64,000 nt of DNA from Epithemia pelagica. Its lineage: Eukaryota; Protista; Bacillariophyta. Location of the stretch: the NCBI GenBank assembly GCA_946965045.2, contig OX337233.1:2418001-2482000 (forward strand), written 5' to 3'. Each line of letters starts with the position of its first letter. Position 1 is the first letter of the stretch. Of this stretch, positions 36,233-47,904 are shown piece by piece. The notes under the pieces were generated by a model, which was not told the DNA's origin, ran no database searches, and saw only the letters and a program-made list of their open reading frames with translations. Position numbers and translations under genes: made by a program.

Positions 36233-37150
36233 CTAACCCGATATTTTGATAAAGAAGACGACAAGGGATTCGTCGGGGGACTTTTGGTTTTCCAAGGCAC
36301 TCGGGTAGTAAGCGAAAAAATTCCGATGAGCATTTACTTTCCTTCCATATTTCTGCTTCACGTACTTGATCGCATCGTCCACCCAATCTGCAAACTTGCC
36401 GTACTCACCAGAGTACACCTTGGACAACCATACTCCAGAGAGGCGCTCTATTTTGAAGCTTTTTGGTAAATTTTCGGCATCATTGACGCTGAAAAATAGC
36501 TTACACCGAAAGGGACGACCCAGATCTGTGAGAACAAGTCCTTCCGGATCCCACGATCCATTCTTTGCGATTTTACTGCGTTTGGATTTTATCAGTTTGT
36601 CCATGCGATCTTCTCGAATCGTTCCAAAAAATGTGCGCATGGAATCCACTGTAAATGGTTTCTTATTCCATGTATGCTCGATGTTGTCATAGTAGATTGG
36701 ATTGAACAATTGCATCTTGAATTTGGGTGCCAGCGAATCGGGCTCTGTTGTCCCTGATGATTCTGCGCCATTTTGATTGTAGAACAGTTCCTCGGCCTCA
36801 GCCACATCACGTTGTACCACTTTAACGTTGGCTCTGGAAGCTAGGAAATCACCGTACTGGCCTCGTACGACGGCCTTCTTCTCCTCAGGCTCCTCGACCG
36901 CCTCCTCCGCCGCGGTGGGATTTGTCTTGAGTAGAGACGTTGTAAGGTGCGCCCATGATGTGGAGTTCTCACGATAGTAGAGACGCCGTGAGTTCTTCAG
37001 ATGATTCAGGTGAAGATCGATTTTCTTTTCCGCGTTGAGGAGCACGGAATGCTCTTCGCCATCCTGAGCGTCAGATTCTTGGTTTGTTGGTTGCGTCGTG
37101 TCTTGAACAGAACCATCACCCGTGGCATTTCCGTCGTCTTCAGTCGACAT
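36233..37150 (-). CDS. Hypothetical protein; C-terminal half resembles a bacterial GyrI-like/'Bact_hydrolase' domain
   Basis: 305-aa intronless ORF; FNPIYYDNIEHTWNKKPF...LSGVWLSKVYSGEYGKFADW...FFAYYP recognised from memory only. Confidence 0.55.
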   Translation of the reverse strand: MSTEDDGNATGDGSVQDTTQPTNQESDAQDGEEHSVLLNAEKKIDLHLNHLKNSRRLYYRENSTSWAHLTTSLLKTNPTAAEEAVEEPEEKKAVVRGQYGDFLASRANVKVVQRDVAEAEELFYNQNGAESSGTTEPDSLAPKFKMQLFNPIYYDNIEHTWNKKPFTVDSMRTFFGTIREDRMDKLIKSKRSKIAKNGSWDPEGLVLTDLGRPFRCKLFFSVNDAENLPKSFKIERLSGVWLSKVYSGEYGKFADWVDDAIKYVKQKYGRKVNAHRNFFAYYPSALENQKSPDESLVVFFIKISG

Positions 37151-37649
37151 GGTCCTTGGGTTCCAGACAAACGCACGTGTTGTTGTTTACAAGAACGTAG
37201 CAGCTGAAAGAAGCTGTTCGACCATGTGCCAAGAACTCCTTGGACGTTCACGATCCACGAACAACGCGAAAGGCGGATTTCGGATTGTACTATTTGTTCT
37301 CCGCAAGAAGATCTGCAATCTGCATGCAAAACAACAATTACATTCCAGCGGTGGCTTCCATTCGAGACGCTAGAAATATGTTCCATATCGCTGTACATAA
37401 TAATTCGCGATCTAATAGTGACTAATAACAGCTTGGGTGTACTTCCTGTACTTCTTGGTAGTTGTCATGGTTTCTGGAAGAAGTTCGTAGACAGTACAAT
37501 GATCGGAGAAGTGACTGTGCTTTTACTTTGCTTCATGTTTCATGTATGATCTGGTCAGTGACGAATTCAACATCAGTTCTACTGGAGGAGACTGGAAGAC
37601 TCGAGCGCAACAGCTATTCTTACTCACTACTAGACTATCAAACCTGGGA

Positions 37650-38614
37650 TCAAAGCTGACTATCGGATTGTTTGTCGTAGTCAAGGACACGATCAATCAA
37701 TCCATATTCCACAGCTTCTTCAGCAGACATGAAATTGTCACGATCCAAATCACGTAAGATTGTATCCTGCGTTTGTCCAGTCATCATACTGTACATCTTG
37801 ACCAAGTTGTCCCGAATACGCATGACTTGAGCGGCCTCTGCTTTGATATCTTCGGCCTGACCCTGTGCTCCTCCCATGGGCTGATGAATCATGATTCGTG
37901 AAGATGGCAACGCCAGCCGTTTTCCCTTGGAACCAGCTCCCAAAATAAAAGACGCCATACTGGCAGCGAGGCCAAGGTTGATGGTGATCACTTCCGATTT
38001 GATGTGTTGCATACAGTCGTAAATGGCTAGTCCAGAGATGACTGATCCACCAGGACAGTTGATGTATAAGTAAATCGGTTTGGAACTATCTTCAGAGTCC
38101 AAATAAAGCATGACTCCGATGACCTGGTTCGCCAATTCGTCATCAATTTCACTAGCCAAAAAGATAATTCTCTCACGATACAAACGATTGTAGATATCCA
38201 CCCTGTTTGCAACATTTGTGAGCCACATACCGTGAGTACAAGGCGTATTTTCCTCATCTCTGAATCGTAAAACAAATTCACACGTACCAATCGGCTTGTT
38301 GTGATCCAGGAACACGGTAAGCAACCTTTGGAACCCCAATCGGCATCATTTTGATATCATTTCTTCTGCTAGAAGAACTGCGCCCAAACACTCGACTGGA
38401 AACAACATGCTTGGGCATTGGACTGACAACCCCATGTGATCTCGGAACAAACGACGAGGCTGTAATGCAACGAAGTGTAATGTGTCAGAACTAGCGACAA
38501 CACTTTTCGGTCTTCCTGCCATTCCTCCTGATGGAATTTGGCTCAATTTGTCGTACCATACGATGTTACTTGATGAATGTAGCTTAGAGCTACAACGAAC
38601 GGAAGCCACTTCAT
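37650..38614 (-). CDS. clpP: Plastid ATP-dependent Clp protease proteolytic subunit, 3 exons
   Basis: Spliced: [19 protein letters not shown]|ASSFVP...[20 protein letters not shown]|[15 protein letters not shown]. Catalytic Ser (AASMAS), His (IMIHQP) and Asp (RDNF) present. Confidence 0.93.
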
Positions 38615-38838
38615 GGTCAACGGGACGATCGGCAGAGGGCAGAGACAAAAAGTATGTCGAAGAGAAGATATGTTTGACCGCGTCACGTCGTGTGCGGCGA
38701 ATATGGATCTTCTTGCTGCGACCGGCTACCGGCTGCTTCCACTTGCTCGGATGACGTCAAAGAATCTAATATGTCAAAGTCAAACGTGTCTGGCCGACGA
38801 CTCCCTCACCCTCTCCACACTTCCATTTGACAACGACC

Positions 38839-40578
38839 ATGGCGGACCATCTTCCGGACGACCGCCGCCAAAGCAGAAAGCGTCAAAGAACAAATTCCAA
38901 TTCCAGTGAACGGTTTTCATTAGACGAACAGAAAACAACAGTGGAGGATGTGCCGAGAGACGATGATGCTGAGAATGATTTGAACGTTTTGGGGCTATTT
39001 GATGGCGATCAGTTTGTCGATCAAAAATCAAACGAAGAGAAACAAGTTGAGGAAATGAGAAGGCGCCGAAGAGAGCGATTATCCAAAATCAAAAAAGAGG
39101 AGGAAAATGAGCAGAATTTAGTAGAGAAACCTGTAACCAATCAAACCAGAGTGTCGGGTTCGGACGAGACAGAGCAAAGTTCTGGAAGGATCGAAACCAG
39201 ACCTACGGCAGAAGAAGAAAAAGGGAGCAGCTCAGGTGAGGGCTTCGATATGTTTAGCAGCTCGGTTTCACCTATATCTGTTGATGAAACCAAGAGAGGC
39301 GGATTAAATAGAATCATGTCTGATGGGCCACGAGGACAGACAGCAGCATCCAACAATAAACGCGGACATGAACAAAGCGACTGGGATGATTCCGAAGGAT
39401 ATTACAAAGCCGTGATTGGGGAATCGATTCAGTTACAGCAACATCAGGCTTCCGAAAATGCGACAAAAGAATTGTACACACCAAACAATTCCGGGCCTCT
39501 CAGCTTCAAGGTGGCGGGTGTAGTGGGTAAGGGTGTTTTCTCTACCGTCCTCAAGTGTTCCACGATCAACAACACAACTAGCATCGAGCTACCTCCGACG
39601 ATTGCCATGAAATGTGTTCGACACAATGAGACAATGGCAAAAGCAGCGGCTCATGAAATTAAGTTTCTTCAGCAATTGAAAGGCTCTAAGGGCGTTGTAC
39701 CGCTTCTCCTTCCTATGAAAGGCTCCATCGAGTATCGAGGCCATATGATATTGGTCTTCCCCTACATGGAGTACAACCTGCGAGATGTTCTCGTCAAATT
39801 CGGAAAGGGTGTTGGCTTGTCGCTTCAGGCGGTGCGGTCGTACTTTGGTCAACTCTTGTCCGCTGCCACGCACTTGAAGAAGCACGGAATCATTCACGCC
39901 GATCTCAAGCCTGATAATATCTTGGTGAGTGGCGATTTTTCCACAGTGCAACTTGCCGATTTTGGAAGCGCATTCGAGGCAACTGCACCGGAAAACCAAC
40001 CGACGCCTTACTTGGTGTCCCGTTTCTACCGTGCACCGGAAATTATTCTTGGTATCACTCCTACGATAGCAATCGATCTTTGGAGCCTCTCTGTAACCGT
40101 GGCGGAAATCTTTTTGGGCGACATTTTGTTTCGAGGAAAATCGAACAATGATATGCTCTACGTATTCATGCAGCACATGGGACCATTTAGCAACCGAATG
40201 ATTCGGCAACATTTGGTTCAGTCTCAAAAAATACCAAACTTAATTCCAAGGCAGTTCAAACAGGAGAGCACTTCGTACGTTTTTACACAGCAAACCGTCG
40301 ATCCAGTTTCTGGAGAAAATGTACATAAAATCCTTCCACTCGTCATGTCATATAATAATATACCAAGTGGAGGAACCAATGCAAAATTCCCATTGGCCAC
40401 TCCTCTTCACACCAAGGTGATAAAGGCGAAATCACCCAAGGATTCCAAGACTTCAGTCATGGATTTTAGTGATTTGCTCCAAAAGTGCCTCGTCCTCGAT
40501 CCTTCTCGCCGTCTTTCTGTCTCGGATGCTTTGCAACACAAGTTTTTCCATTCCGATAACTCTACGTCTACGGCGTAG
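38839..40578 (+). CDS. PRP4: Pre-mRNA splicing kinase PRP4
   Basis: WDDSEGYYK, GKGVFSTV, HADLKPDNIL, DFGSA, TPYLVSRFYRAPE, LFRGKSNNDML. Confidence 0.93.
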   Translation: MADHLPDDRRQSRKRQRTNSNSSERFSLDEQKTTVEDVPRDDDAENDLNVLGLFDGDQFVDQKSNEEKQVEEMRRRRRERLSKIKKEEENEQNLVEKPVTNQTRVSGSDETEQSSGRIETRPTAEEEKGSSSGEGFDMFSSSVSPISVDETKRGGLNRIMSDGPRGQTAASNNKRGHEQSDWDDSEGYYKAVIGESIQLQQHQASENATKELYTPNNSGPLSFKVAGVVGKGVFSTVLKCSTINNTTSIELPPTIAMKCVRHNETMAKAAAHEIKFLQQLKGSKGVVPLLLPMKGSIEYRGHMILVFPYMEYNLRDVLVKFGKGVGLSLQAVRSYFGQLLSAATHLKKHGIIHADLKPDNILVSGDFSTVQLADFGSAFEATAPENQPTPYLVSRFYRAPEIILGITPTIAIDLWSLSVTVAEIFLGDILFRGKSNNDMLYVFMQHMGPFSNRMIRQHLVQSQKIPNLIPRQFKQESTSYVFTQQTVDPVSGENVHKILPLVMSYNNIPSGGTNAKFPLATPLHTKVIKAKSPKDSKTSVMDFSDLLQKCLVLDPSRRLSVSDALQHKFFHSDNSTSTA

Positions 40579-40698
40579 ATACAAAACTTTTTCCGCCAAT
40601 TGCCATCATATCGTAGGAAGAGAAAATTGAATTATTGGTTTTGTTCTAGAGTATGCACTGTGATGCTCCGTATTTGTGTCCGTCCTTGCAGCATAAAT

Positions 40699-41195
40699 TC
40701 ATTCCTTCTTCTTTTTCATGAATCGAATCGCACAGTACTTGCAATAAACTACCTCACCGGGTCGCTCCAACGAAATATACTCCAAAGGATGCCCCATTGA
40801 TCCACCACCACCGTCGCATACTGCCATTTCACCGTCCACTTCCACAATGGGAATCCTGTGAACCAGCTCCAGCGCATTGGATCGGTGTTTTCCAAGCGCA
40901 TACTGCAAAAGGCCAGAAATAATCAATCACAAAAAGGGTCGGAAACTCATTGTCAGTTCACCACGTCATAGAATTCTTTCGCACTCCCTAGACCTAAATG
41001 AACACGTACTGGAGATTCTTCCATTGTGTGGTTGATCAGACGCTTCTCTTCCTTCGTGTAGTTTCCTGCTGTGACTTCGCCAACTTGAACAGCAGTTGGA
41101 GCCGGTACAGGAGGAGGAGGAGCGGACATATTACTGATGCAGCGGAAGCTGCTGGCCACGTTGACTCGCGGGCGGACTTGCCGCGCTGCCATCAT
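40699..41195 (-). CDS. NDUFS6: NADH dehydrogenase (complex I) Fe-S protein 6, zf-CHCC, 2 exons
   Basis: Mitochondrial presequence; intron 41009-40903; VCDGGGGSMGHP...CKYCAIRF. Confidence 0.88.
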
Positions 41196-41615
41196 GAAAA
41201 TCGTCGTCATGGTGGTTGATGTTCTGTATTGGATAATCTTTCCCACACAGCGGCGTTCAGCTATCCATTCGGCTCTGAGAGACCGTGATGTCGAAGTCGT
41301 TGTGGGTTGGATTGTTGTCTCGCTTCTGACGTTGGAATGGATTCTGTACAGTTTAATCTATAGTTATACTTTGGAAAATATATTCTACAATACGAGGATT
41401 TATGTCGGAGAGTACACTACCACAATGACTCTTTGTGTACTGAAGACCATTTCGACAAGGACCAATACGCGACTGCAGTCGAACGAAGACCGCAAGACAC
41501 CGTAGACCGGAGTCCTCAGGGTTGGTCTTATCGTGCGTGAAATTCCACACATTTCACCCAAAACCAGCTTCCAAATGTCACAGTTTTTAGGGTGTGAAAA
41601 ACTTGGGTCCAATCG

Positions 41616-43028
41616 ATGGCTACGAGTGTGAAATCGATTTCACACAGCCGTAGTCTTCCCCCAAGGGTCATTCATTTGCTTCCAACAACCAAACAAATAA
41701 GCATGATCTATTCAAAGTACCTAGAGGCAGAGGCAATGGAAGAAGAAAGTGACGAAGAAGACTTCCTCCACTTACTCAAGCTGATAGAATTTTATTCCCT
41801 TGCCAAGAAGCACCGAAGAAGCAGAAGCCCAATCCCTCGGTCCCAAACTCCTAAGGTTGAACGACTCAAGTGGTCGACCTTTGTGAGAGCCCAAATGGCA
41901 AGCGACCCAAAAGACTTTGAGAAGAGCATCAGAATGCCTTTAGAGGCTTTTGAAGCTCTTCATGAAATTCTTAAAGAGTCTCTGAACAAAAATGAAGAAA
42001 TGGGGGCTTTACGTGGTGGTGCAATCGCTTGGGAATTACGACTGTACTTGACAGTCCGATACCTTGGTGGTGGTGCAATGCATGACATTCGACGGATTTT
42101 TGATATAAAAAGGTCCACCTCCTACCATATAGTCCGCGACGTCTGCCGAGCCATACTCCAGTGTGATAAGTTGGGGTTTAGCTTCCCAAGAACAGAGGAG
42201 GATTGCCAAAAGGCTGCCCTTGGTTTTCGAAGCATCTCTTTCGATGAAGCAATCATCAACTGCGTTGCTGTTGTCGATGGATATTTACTTCACATTGAAC
42301 AACCTAGCAAGAGAATTGCAGGCAATCAACGTCAATATTATTCCGGTCACTACAAAAAATTTGGGATCAACGTACAAGCCGCGTGTGATCATAATTCACA
42401 ATTTACCTACTTTGCTCTTGCTGGACCTGGTAGCCAAAATGACAAGGTGGCCATTGACCAATGCTCATTGGGTCCCTTAATTGACACTTTACCCGAAGGA
42501 TATTGTGCTATTGGTGATGCCGCATATTATCCTACCGAACGGTTGGCACCTATCTACTATGGCGTCAACCGGGACGACCCTCTACACGACAACTTCAACT
42601 TTTTTGCCTCTCAGCTGCGAATCAGAATTGAGATGGCGTTTGGTCTCATGCAGATGAAATGGAGATTCCTACAGCAGGCACGCCAACCAACAAAGAATCT
42701 TCCTATGTATGTAATGGCCATAGCCCGGTTGCACAACTATGTTGTTAAGTACCGGTTGGAGCAAGGCAGCACACTTACTGAAATGATGAATGAAGATCAC
42801 GGACAAGATGGTGAGAGTGGACAAACACCCGTACTACCATCACAACCCGTGGATGATAATGGCAACCCTATGCTCTACGATGATATGGGCAATGTCGTAC
42901 GAAGGCCCTTGCCCAAGGGGCATTCCATGACAAGGCATTCGATGGCTGTTCGGATCCAGCAGAAAAACCTAGTCCGTCCTCTGCGCAACACCATTCAACG
43001 CGATGCCGAAGATCAAGAAGATGAATAG
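41616..43028 (+). CDS. PIF/Harbinger DDE transposase (HARBI1-like)
   Basis: AVVDGYLLHI (D), HYKKFGINVQAACD, GPGSQND, AIGDAAY (D), QLRIRIEMAFGLMQMKWRFL (E), LHNY. Confidence 0.92.
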   Translation: MATSVKSISHSRSLPPRVIHLLPTTKQISMIYSKYLEAEAMEEESDEEDFLHLLKLIEFYSLAKKHRRSRSPIPRSQTPKVERLKWSTFVRAQMASDPKDFEKSIRMPLEAFEALHEILKESLNKNEEMGALRGGAIAWELRLYLTVRYLGGGAMHDIRRIFDIKRSTSYHIVRDVCRAILQCDKLGFSFPRTEEDCQKAALGFRSISFDEAIINCVAVVDGYLLHIEQPSKRIAGNQRQYYSGHYKKFGINVQAACDHNSQFTYFALAGPGSQNDKVAIDQCSLGPLIDTLPEGYCAIGDAAYYPTERLAPIYYGVNRDDPLHDNFNFFASQLRIRIEMAFGLMQMKWRFLQQARQPTKNLPMYVMAIARLHNYVVKYRLEQGSTLTEMMNEDHGQDGESGQTPVLPSQPVDDNGNPMLYDDMGNVVRRPLPKGHSMTRHSMAVRIQQKNLVRPLRNTIQRDAEDQEDE

Positions 43029-43049
43029 AAAATCATTGTTATATAACTA

Positions 43050-44369
43050 TTATAGTCCTAGATCTTTGACAACTTCGTCGATCCTTGTTTGTAGTCTCAT
43101 TTTCATTTCCTCATTGTCTGTTTTGCTGAGAGCCACAGTGAGAGTACTGAATTCATTGAGTAATGCAGCTCTCTCCATACGAGTCTCGCGTTTCTTGGCA
43201 TTGTCAGCCATCACATCCGTAGCTGAAGATATGGCAGAGGCAATTTTATCGTCTGTTTGAGCTGTGGACATGGAGACAGGAGTTGTAGCTCGAGACGAAG
43301 CTTGAGATGAAGGTCGAGACCACACTTTACTGGAAGAAAGAGGAATATCTGCACTGTCTATAGTCAACGATGGGGCCAGAGCTGTCGTGAACTTGGTGGC
43401 AAACTCGGGAACTGCTTCACTTTTGGAAAAGAAGTAGAAGGCAACAAACTGTGTCATAGAGGGCCCTTTGACCTTTGACAGGGCCTGGCGTGTAAAGTCC
43501 CAGGGGTCGCTTGAGTGACTGCCACTTGCATTCATTGCCCTTTGGATGTTCTTTCGTACATTTAAGAGCGCCTTGAACAAGTCCGACACCTCTTTTTCAT
43601 TTACTTTGTAAGTATTCTTTATTGATGGGTCCACTCGGCTCAAGATGGCATCTAGCACGTGGTGGTTGTATGCAGCGTTCACTGCATCACTTTCATCGCG
43701 TTTTTCCAATTTGCCGTACTTGTCGGAAGACTCTATTGCTGCTTCTACTTCTTCGTCAATGATATCATCATTGTCATCGACGAGGCGTTGGGTGAATATC
43801 GATGTTGCCTCTACTGCCTTCTTTGCAGGAGAAGAATCAGCTCCATTGACCGCGTCCACGACTTCCTTCCAGAACCTTTGATACTGTGCACCACTGCCTG
43901 ATTCTTGCACATCCCGAGACCTGCTATCGTTGAAGGCCATGAAATCATCAATGAAGTCTCTGTGGAACAACACATTGATGATCCGACATTGTGTGGAAGG
44001 AATTTGTTCCAAAGTTTTGTTAATGCTTGACTGATTGCGACTTGCTTTGAGGATATGGAAGCGAATCTCTGTCTTTGTTAAACTGGCTTTGGTGATCCCA
44101 ATCTTCCGCCCTAGCCTCCTTAGTTGATAAGCTGAGAGATCCTTGTCCAGATGTGTCTCATTGTTGTCCTTGGCAATGGTACATGCCACTTCGACTTCTT
44201 CATCGTCACCCTCACTGTTCTTGATCATCTTCTTTTCTGTAGTCAGCGTATAGTCTTCCAGGTTCAGAGAGTCTAGTCCCTGTAAATACTCAGGTAATGG
44301 CTTCTCTACTCGCTTGGGCTTCTTCTTAGCAGGGCCATCCTCCTGAGGTGCGGTGGACAACGGCGTCAT
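43050..44369 (-). CDS. Harbinger accessory DNA-binding (Myb/SANT-like) protein
   Basis: Second ORF inside the TIRs; NLS KKKPKR, HeH/SAP-like LSAYQLRRLGRKIGI, RIINVLF...FWKEVVDAVN. Confidence 0.75.
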   Translation of the reverse strand: MTPLSTAPQEDGPAKKKPKRVEKPLPEYLQGLDSLNLEDYTLTTEKKMIKNSEGDDEEVEVACTIAKDNNETHLDKDLSAYQLRRLGRKIGITKASLTKTEIRFHILKASRNQSSINKTLEQIPSTQCRIINVLFHRDFIDDFMAFNDSRSRDVQESGSGAQYQRFWKEVVDAVNGADSSPAKKAVEATSIFTQRLVDDNDDIIDEEVEAAIESSDKYGKLEKRDESDAVNAAYNHHVLDAILSRVDPSIKNTYKVNEKEVSDLFKALLNVRKNIQRAMNASGSHSSDPWDFTRQALSKVKGPSMTQFVAFYFFSKSEAVPEFATKFTTALAPSLTIDSADIPLSSSKVWSRPSSQASSRATTPVSMSTAQTDDKIASAISSATDVMADNAKKRETRMERAALLNEFSTLTVALSKTDNEEMKMRLQTRIDEVVKDLGL

Positions 44370-44677
44370 GGTGGCAATAATTGTTTGATTGTTGCGGAGG
44401 GGCTAAGAACGTCTTCATGTACTGGGGGGAAATTACACCTAGTAACCACCTAGTAACCATAGACGAAGTGTGAAATTTTTGTGAAACTGCAATGGGGGGC
44501 CTCAAATTGCCTCGTGTGAATTTCACAAAAATTTCACACTCGGCCTGTGCAACGTCAGGACACGTAGGCCAAAAGTGTGAAATGTGTGAAATTTCACGCC
44601 GATAAGACCAACCCTCAATGACGAATCGAATGGGATGACCAAAAGACCTTTTACATCGTTGTATATCGTAATGCAAC

Positions 44678-45073
44678 ATGTTTGGAAGATCAAAAGAGAA
44701 GAATGACTACAGCAAGGTCTCATTAGATGATTTCAGTGACGACGAGGATGTGGAATCAACAAACAATGGTGCATCCGAAAAAGCGAGACATCAACAGCTC
44801 ATGAAAAAACAAGACGAAGGCCTGGAAATGTTGAGTCAGTCAGCCGAGCGATTGGGGAAAATGTCAATGCAGATTCACGAAGAACTTGGTGCTCAAAATC
44901 AAATACTGGACGAGATGGAGAGCGATCTCGATCTAGCGAATGATGATCTAGACATTGTGACGAAAAAGACAAAGGAGTTCATCGAATTTACAGGAGGGGA
45001 GAAAAACTGTGTGTTGATTTTGATTTTGGCGGGTATAGCACTGGTGCTATTCTTACTCATACTGTACACATAA
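44678..45073 (+). CDS. Small Qc-SNARE (syntaxin-6/8-like), tail-anchored
   Basis: QDEGLEMLSQSAERLGKMSMQIHEELGAQNQILDEM SNARE helix plus C-terminal TM. Confidence 0.88.
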   Translation: MFGRSKEKNDYSKVSLDDFSDDEDVESTNNGASEKARHQQLMKKQDEGLEMLSQSAERLGKMSMQIHEELGAQNQILDEMESDLDLANDDLDIVTKKTKEFIEFTGGEKNCVLILILAGIALVLFLLILYT

Positions 45074-45098
45074 TAAAATGCTCGTTGGAGCACGAGTG

Positions 45099-46103
45099 CT
45101 ACGATTTCTCAATATCAATCTCCATGGCTTCGCCATCGGCATCTTTGTTGGATGTGTCCTTGGCTTTTTCGCTATCGACATCATCTTTCGGTGTTTCTTT
45201 TGCTTTTTCCTTATCGTACTCTTCTTGAGCTTCCAATGCCGCCAATCTCCTCTCGTCCACGGACTCTCTTGCTTCTAAAACAAAGGTTGGTCGTTCTCCC
45301 GAGTTCTGTAGAAAGAATCCTGGATCCAACCCTTGCGATCTCCGATCTTCGTAGGCAGCCAGCACATCGGATGGTTGTAAAGCAGATTGTGTTGTGGATG
45401 GGTCACGGCCTGCTTTGGTGGCCAAACGAGCTGCCGCTTGTACCAATCGTTGGGCATAGATTTTGGCCAGGACTGCCACTACTGTTCGTATTTCACCGGC
45501 TTGTCCAACCGCCACCAAGTCTTCGAGAGGCCGTATAGAGGGGAGCAAATGCAAACGATCGGACAAACAAGCTCCAACCCAGTCCCCAACTGCATCCACT
45601 GGAAAACTAACGCGCTGAAAAGCCTCGAATCGAGACTGTTCCAATTTGGAAAAGGTGGAAAGCATTTGAGCCATCATTTGTCCATCGGATGTTGCAGTAC
45701 TATGAGATGATCATCAAGAAAAAGGGTAAGATACAGCCAAAGTAGGCAAAAGGCGATACCATCCATTAGATGTCGAAATGTGTGTGTGGATGAAACAACG
45801 TGGCGTACACACCTATCCAGCGAATTTTTCGGTTTCGTGGTTGAAGACGATGCAGTATTTCCTTCTGACGATGAGTATGAACGATTCCGTTTTGTCTTCT
45901 TGGTCTTGGACTTTGTTCCTTTGTTCTTCTTCTTGGGAGGGACTTTTCTCGCCAGCACATAATCGTTCAAGGCAATAATAGGTGGAAAGAAGTGAAATTA
46001 GAGACAGTCAAGCCAGGAACATAATCTGGTTCGGGCATAACCATCTCAACCACTCACCTTCTGTCGATGGAGTCGAGCTGCGTGGTCTCTTCCTTGCATC
46101 CAT
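45099..46103 (-). CDS. TAF11 (TAFII28)-like histone-fold protein; 5' exon structure uncertain
   Basis: LSTFSKLEQSRFEAFQRVSF...VAVLAKIYAQRLV...LQPSDV matches the TAF11 histone fold. Probable first exon MDARKRPRSSTPSTE|GTGAGT. Confidence 0.65.
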
Positions 46104-46264
46104 GGTTCTTCTTTGACAACGAGGGTCAAAAGACGAGAAACAAAACAAAAATGGACTGTGATGCGCTGGCAGATGACCCGGTCGCACATATTGGAGATGC
46201 TCCCTCCATCTCATCTTTCATAGCATACCCTTCTGCTACCATTGTATTGCATTTGTTGAAGAGC

Positions 46265-47612
46265 ATGCCAACCGCACAAGTAATCAAAAAGAGAAAGCGA
46301 GTGACAGAGAGAAAGTCTGCTGTCGATGATAGCTCCAAGAAACCAGAAAGTGATGGAGCCCGCAACTACACGGTTGGCCGTTGCGACGAAGTATCTGATC
46401 GTTATGAAAAGGTGGGGAGGCGATTGGGCGAAGGAACGTATGGAATTGTGTATCAAGCCAAGGATAAGGTTACAGGTCGCTATGTCGCCTTGAAGCGCTG
46501 CATTCCTCATGATCAAGCCAGTGATGGTTTTCCTGTCACGACTCTTCGAGAAATTCAATCCTTGCGACTTTGTTCCAGTCATCCAAACATTGTTCATCTG
46601 GAAAATGTTGCAGTGTCTCGGTCCGGTGTTTTTCTGGTCTTTGAATATTGGTGAGTGTTTGTCTGGTATCTGTTCGATAAATGTTTCCTGTCGCATGGCC
46701 ATGTAGTTCACCCCAACTCTGAGAAACACTGGTTGCTTGGTTTTCCTTCTTGTTTCTGCAATTTTGTTTGCATCAATCAACCAACAACCTGTTATTATTT
46801 GGGGGAATCTTTCTTGTACTTATCGAAATCATTGTCCTTATATTGTTTCGGATTCAATGATGCAACAATTTTCGCATAGTGATCACGACTTGTCAAACCT
46901 GATCGATGCGCATTATCGAACCTACCAAGAGAGCCCCTTTCAACAAGCACAGGTAAAACGATTGCTCCTACAGCTGTTGGGTGCAGTGAAACACGTTCAC
47001 AGACTCCATCTTATTCACCGAGATATCAAACTCAGCAACTTACTTTATACCAGCAAGGGTCTGCTGAAACTGGCGGATTTTGGGTTGTCACGTCCCTATG
47101 CCCATGATTTGCAATCTCAATTAACGCCCAAGGTCGCTTCCTTGTGGTATCGTCCGCCGGAACTCCTACTAGGCGCAACGTCGTATAGCAACTCGATTGA
47201 TTTGTGGGCCGTCGGATGTGTCTTTGGAGAACTGTTGACCGGCCAACCTCTCATGAAAGGAGTGAGCGAACTGGATCAAATTAGTCAAATCTTTGACTGT
47301 TTTGGAGTCCCACCACCACCATCATCGAGTTCTTGTCATCTTTCGTCGTCGTCGTCGTCATCATCGTTTTGGGCCCTGCCATTATTGGTCAACAAGGATG
47401 TTCGACCACCCACCAAAAGTCGTCGCACTGTATTGGATACTCTGGGAAACGTGTTGTCACGTGAGGGTCTTGAACTCGTTCATGGTCTTCTTCACTTTGA
47501 TCCCATGGTACGATGGACGGCCACCCAGGCACTTCAATCTCCCTACTTGGACAAGGAGGTCCCACGACCCACTCCAATCCATGAAATGCCCCAATTTCCT
47601 CGGTCGTTTTAG
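46265..47612 (+). CDS. Cyclin-dependent kinase, CDK10/11-like, 2 exons
   Basis: GEGTYGIVY, VALKR, DGFPVTTLREI, intron 46651-46879 (EY|CDHDL), HRDIKLSNLL, DFGLSR, SLWYRPPELLLG. Confidence 0.9.
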
Positions 47613-47904
47613 CATTGCTTAGATCCTTTACAATGTATGTTTTCCGCTAGGTTTAGATCACTGGACCCCAACGGTTTCCTTAAACTTGGTGTTCATGAGC
47701 CATACTCGCCTGCAGCGAGTACGAGGCCTTTGAACGTGTGCCCAAGTTGATGAGGAAGTGCTGGATCGTCCATCCAGTATGTCTTTTTGGGGGTCGTTTT
47801 CTGCGTTTGCAAAAGCATCTCACGCTTCTTGACCGTATGTCACGACAATAGGACATCAACGACTGGTATTACGAAACATGAATAACATAGCTGTAATAGT
47901 AACT

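Larger units (their letters stand above)
41519..44614. mobile_element. Complete autonomous PIF/Harbinger DNA transposon
   Basis: ~39-bp TIRs GGGTTGGTCTTATCG...CACACATTTCAC (1 mismatch, 1 indel); TCA TSD at 41516-41518 and 44615-44617; two intact convergent ORFs. Confidence 0.93.
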
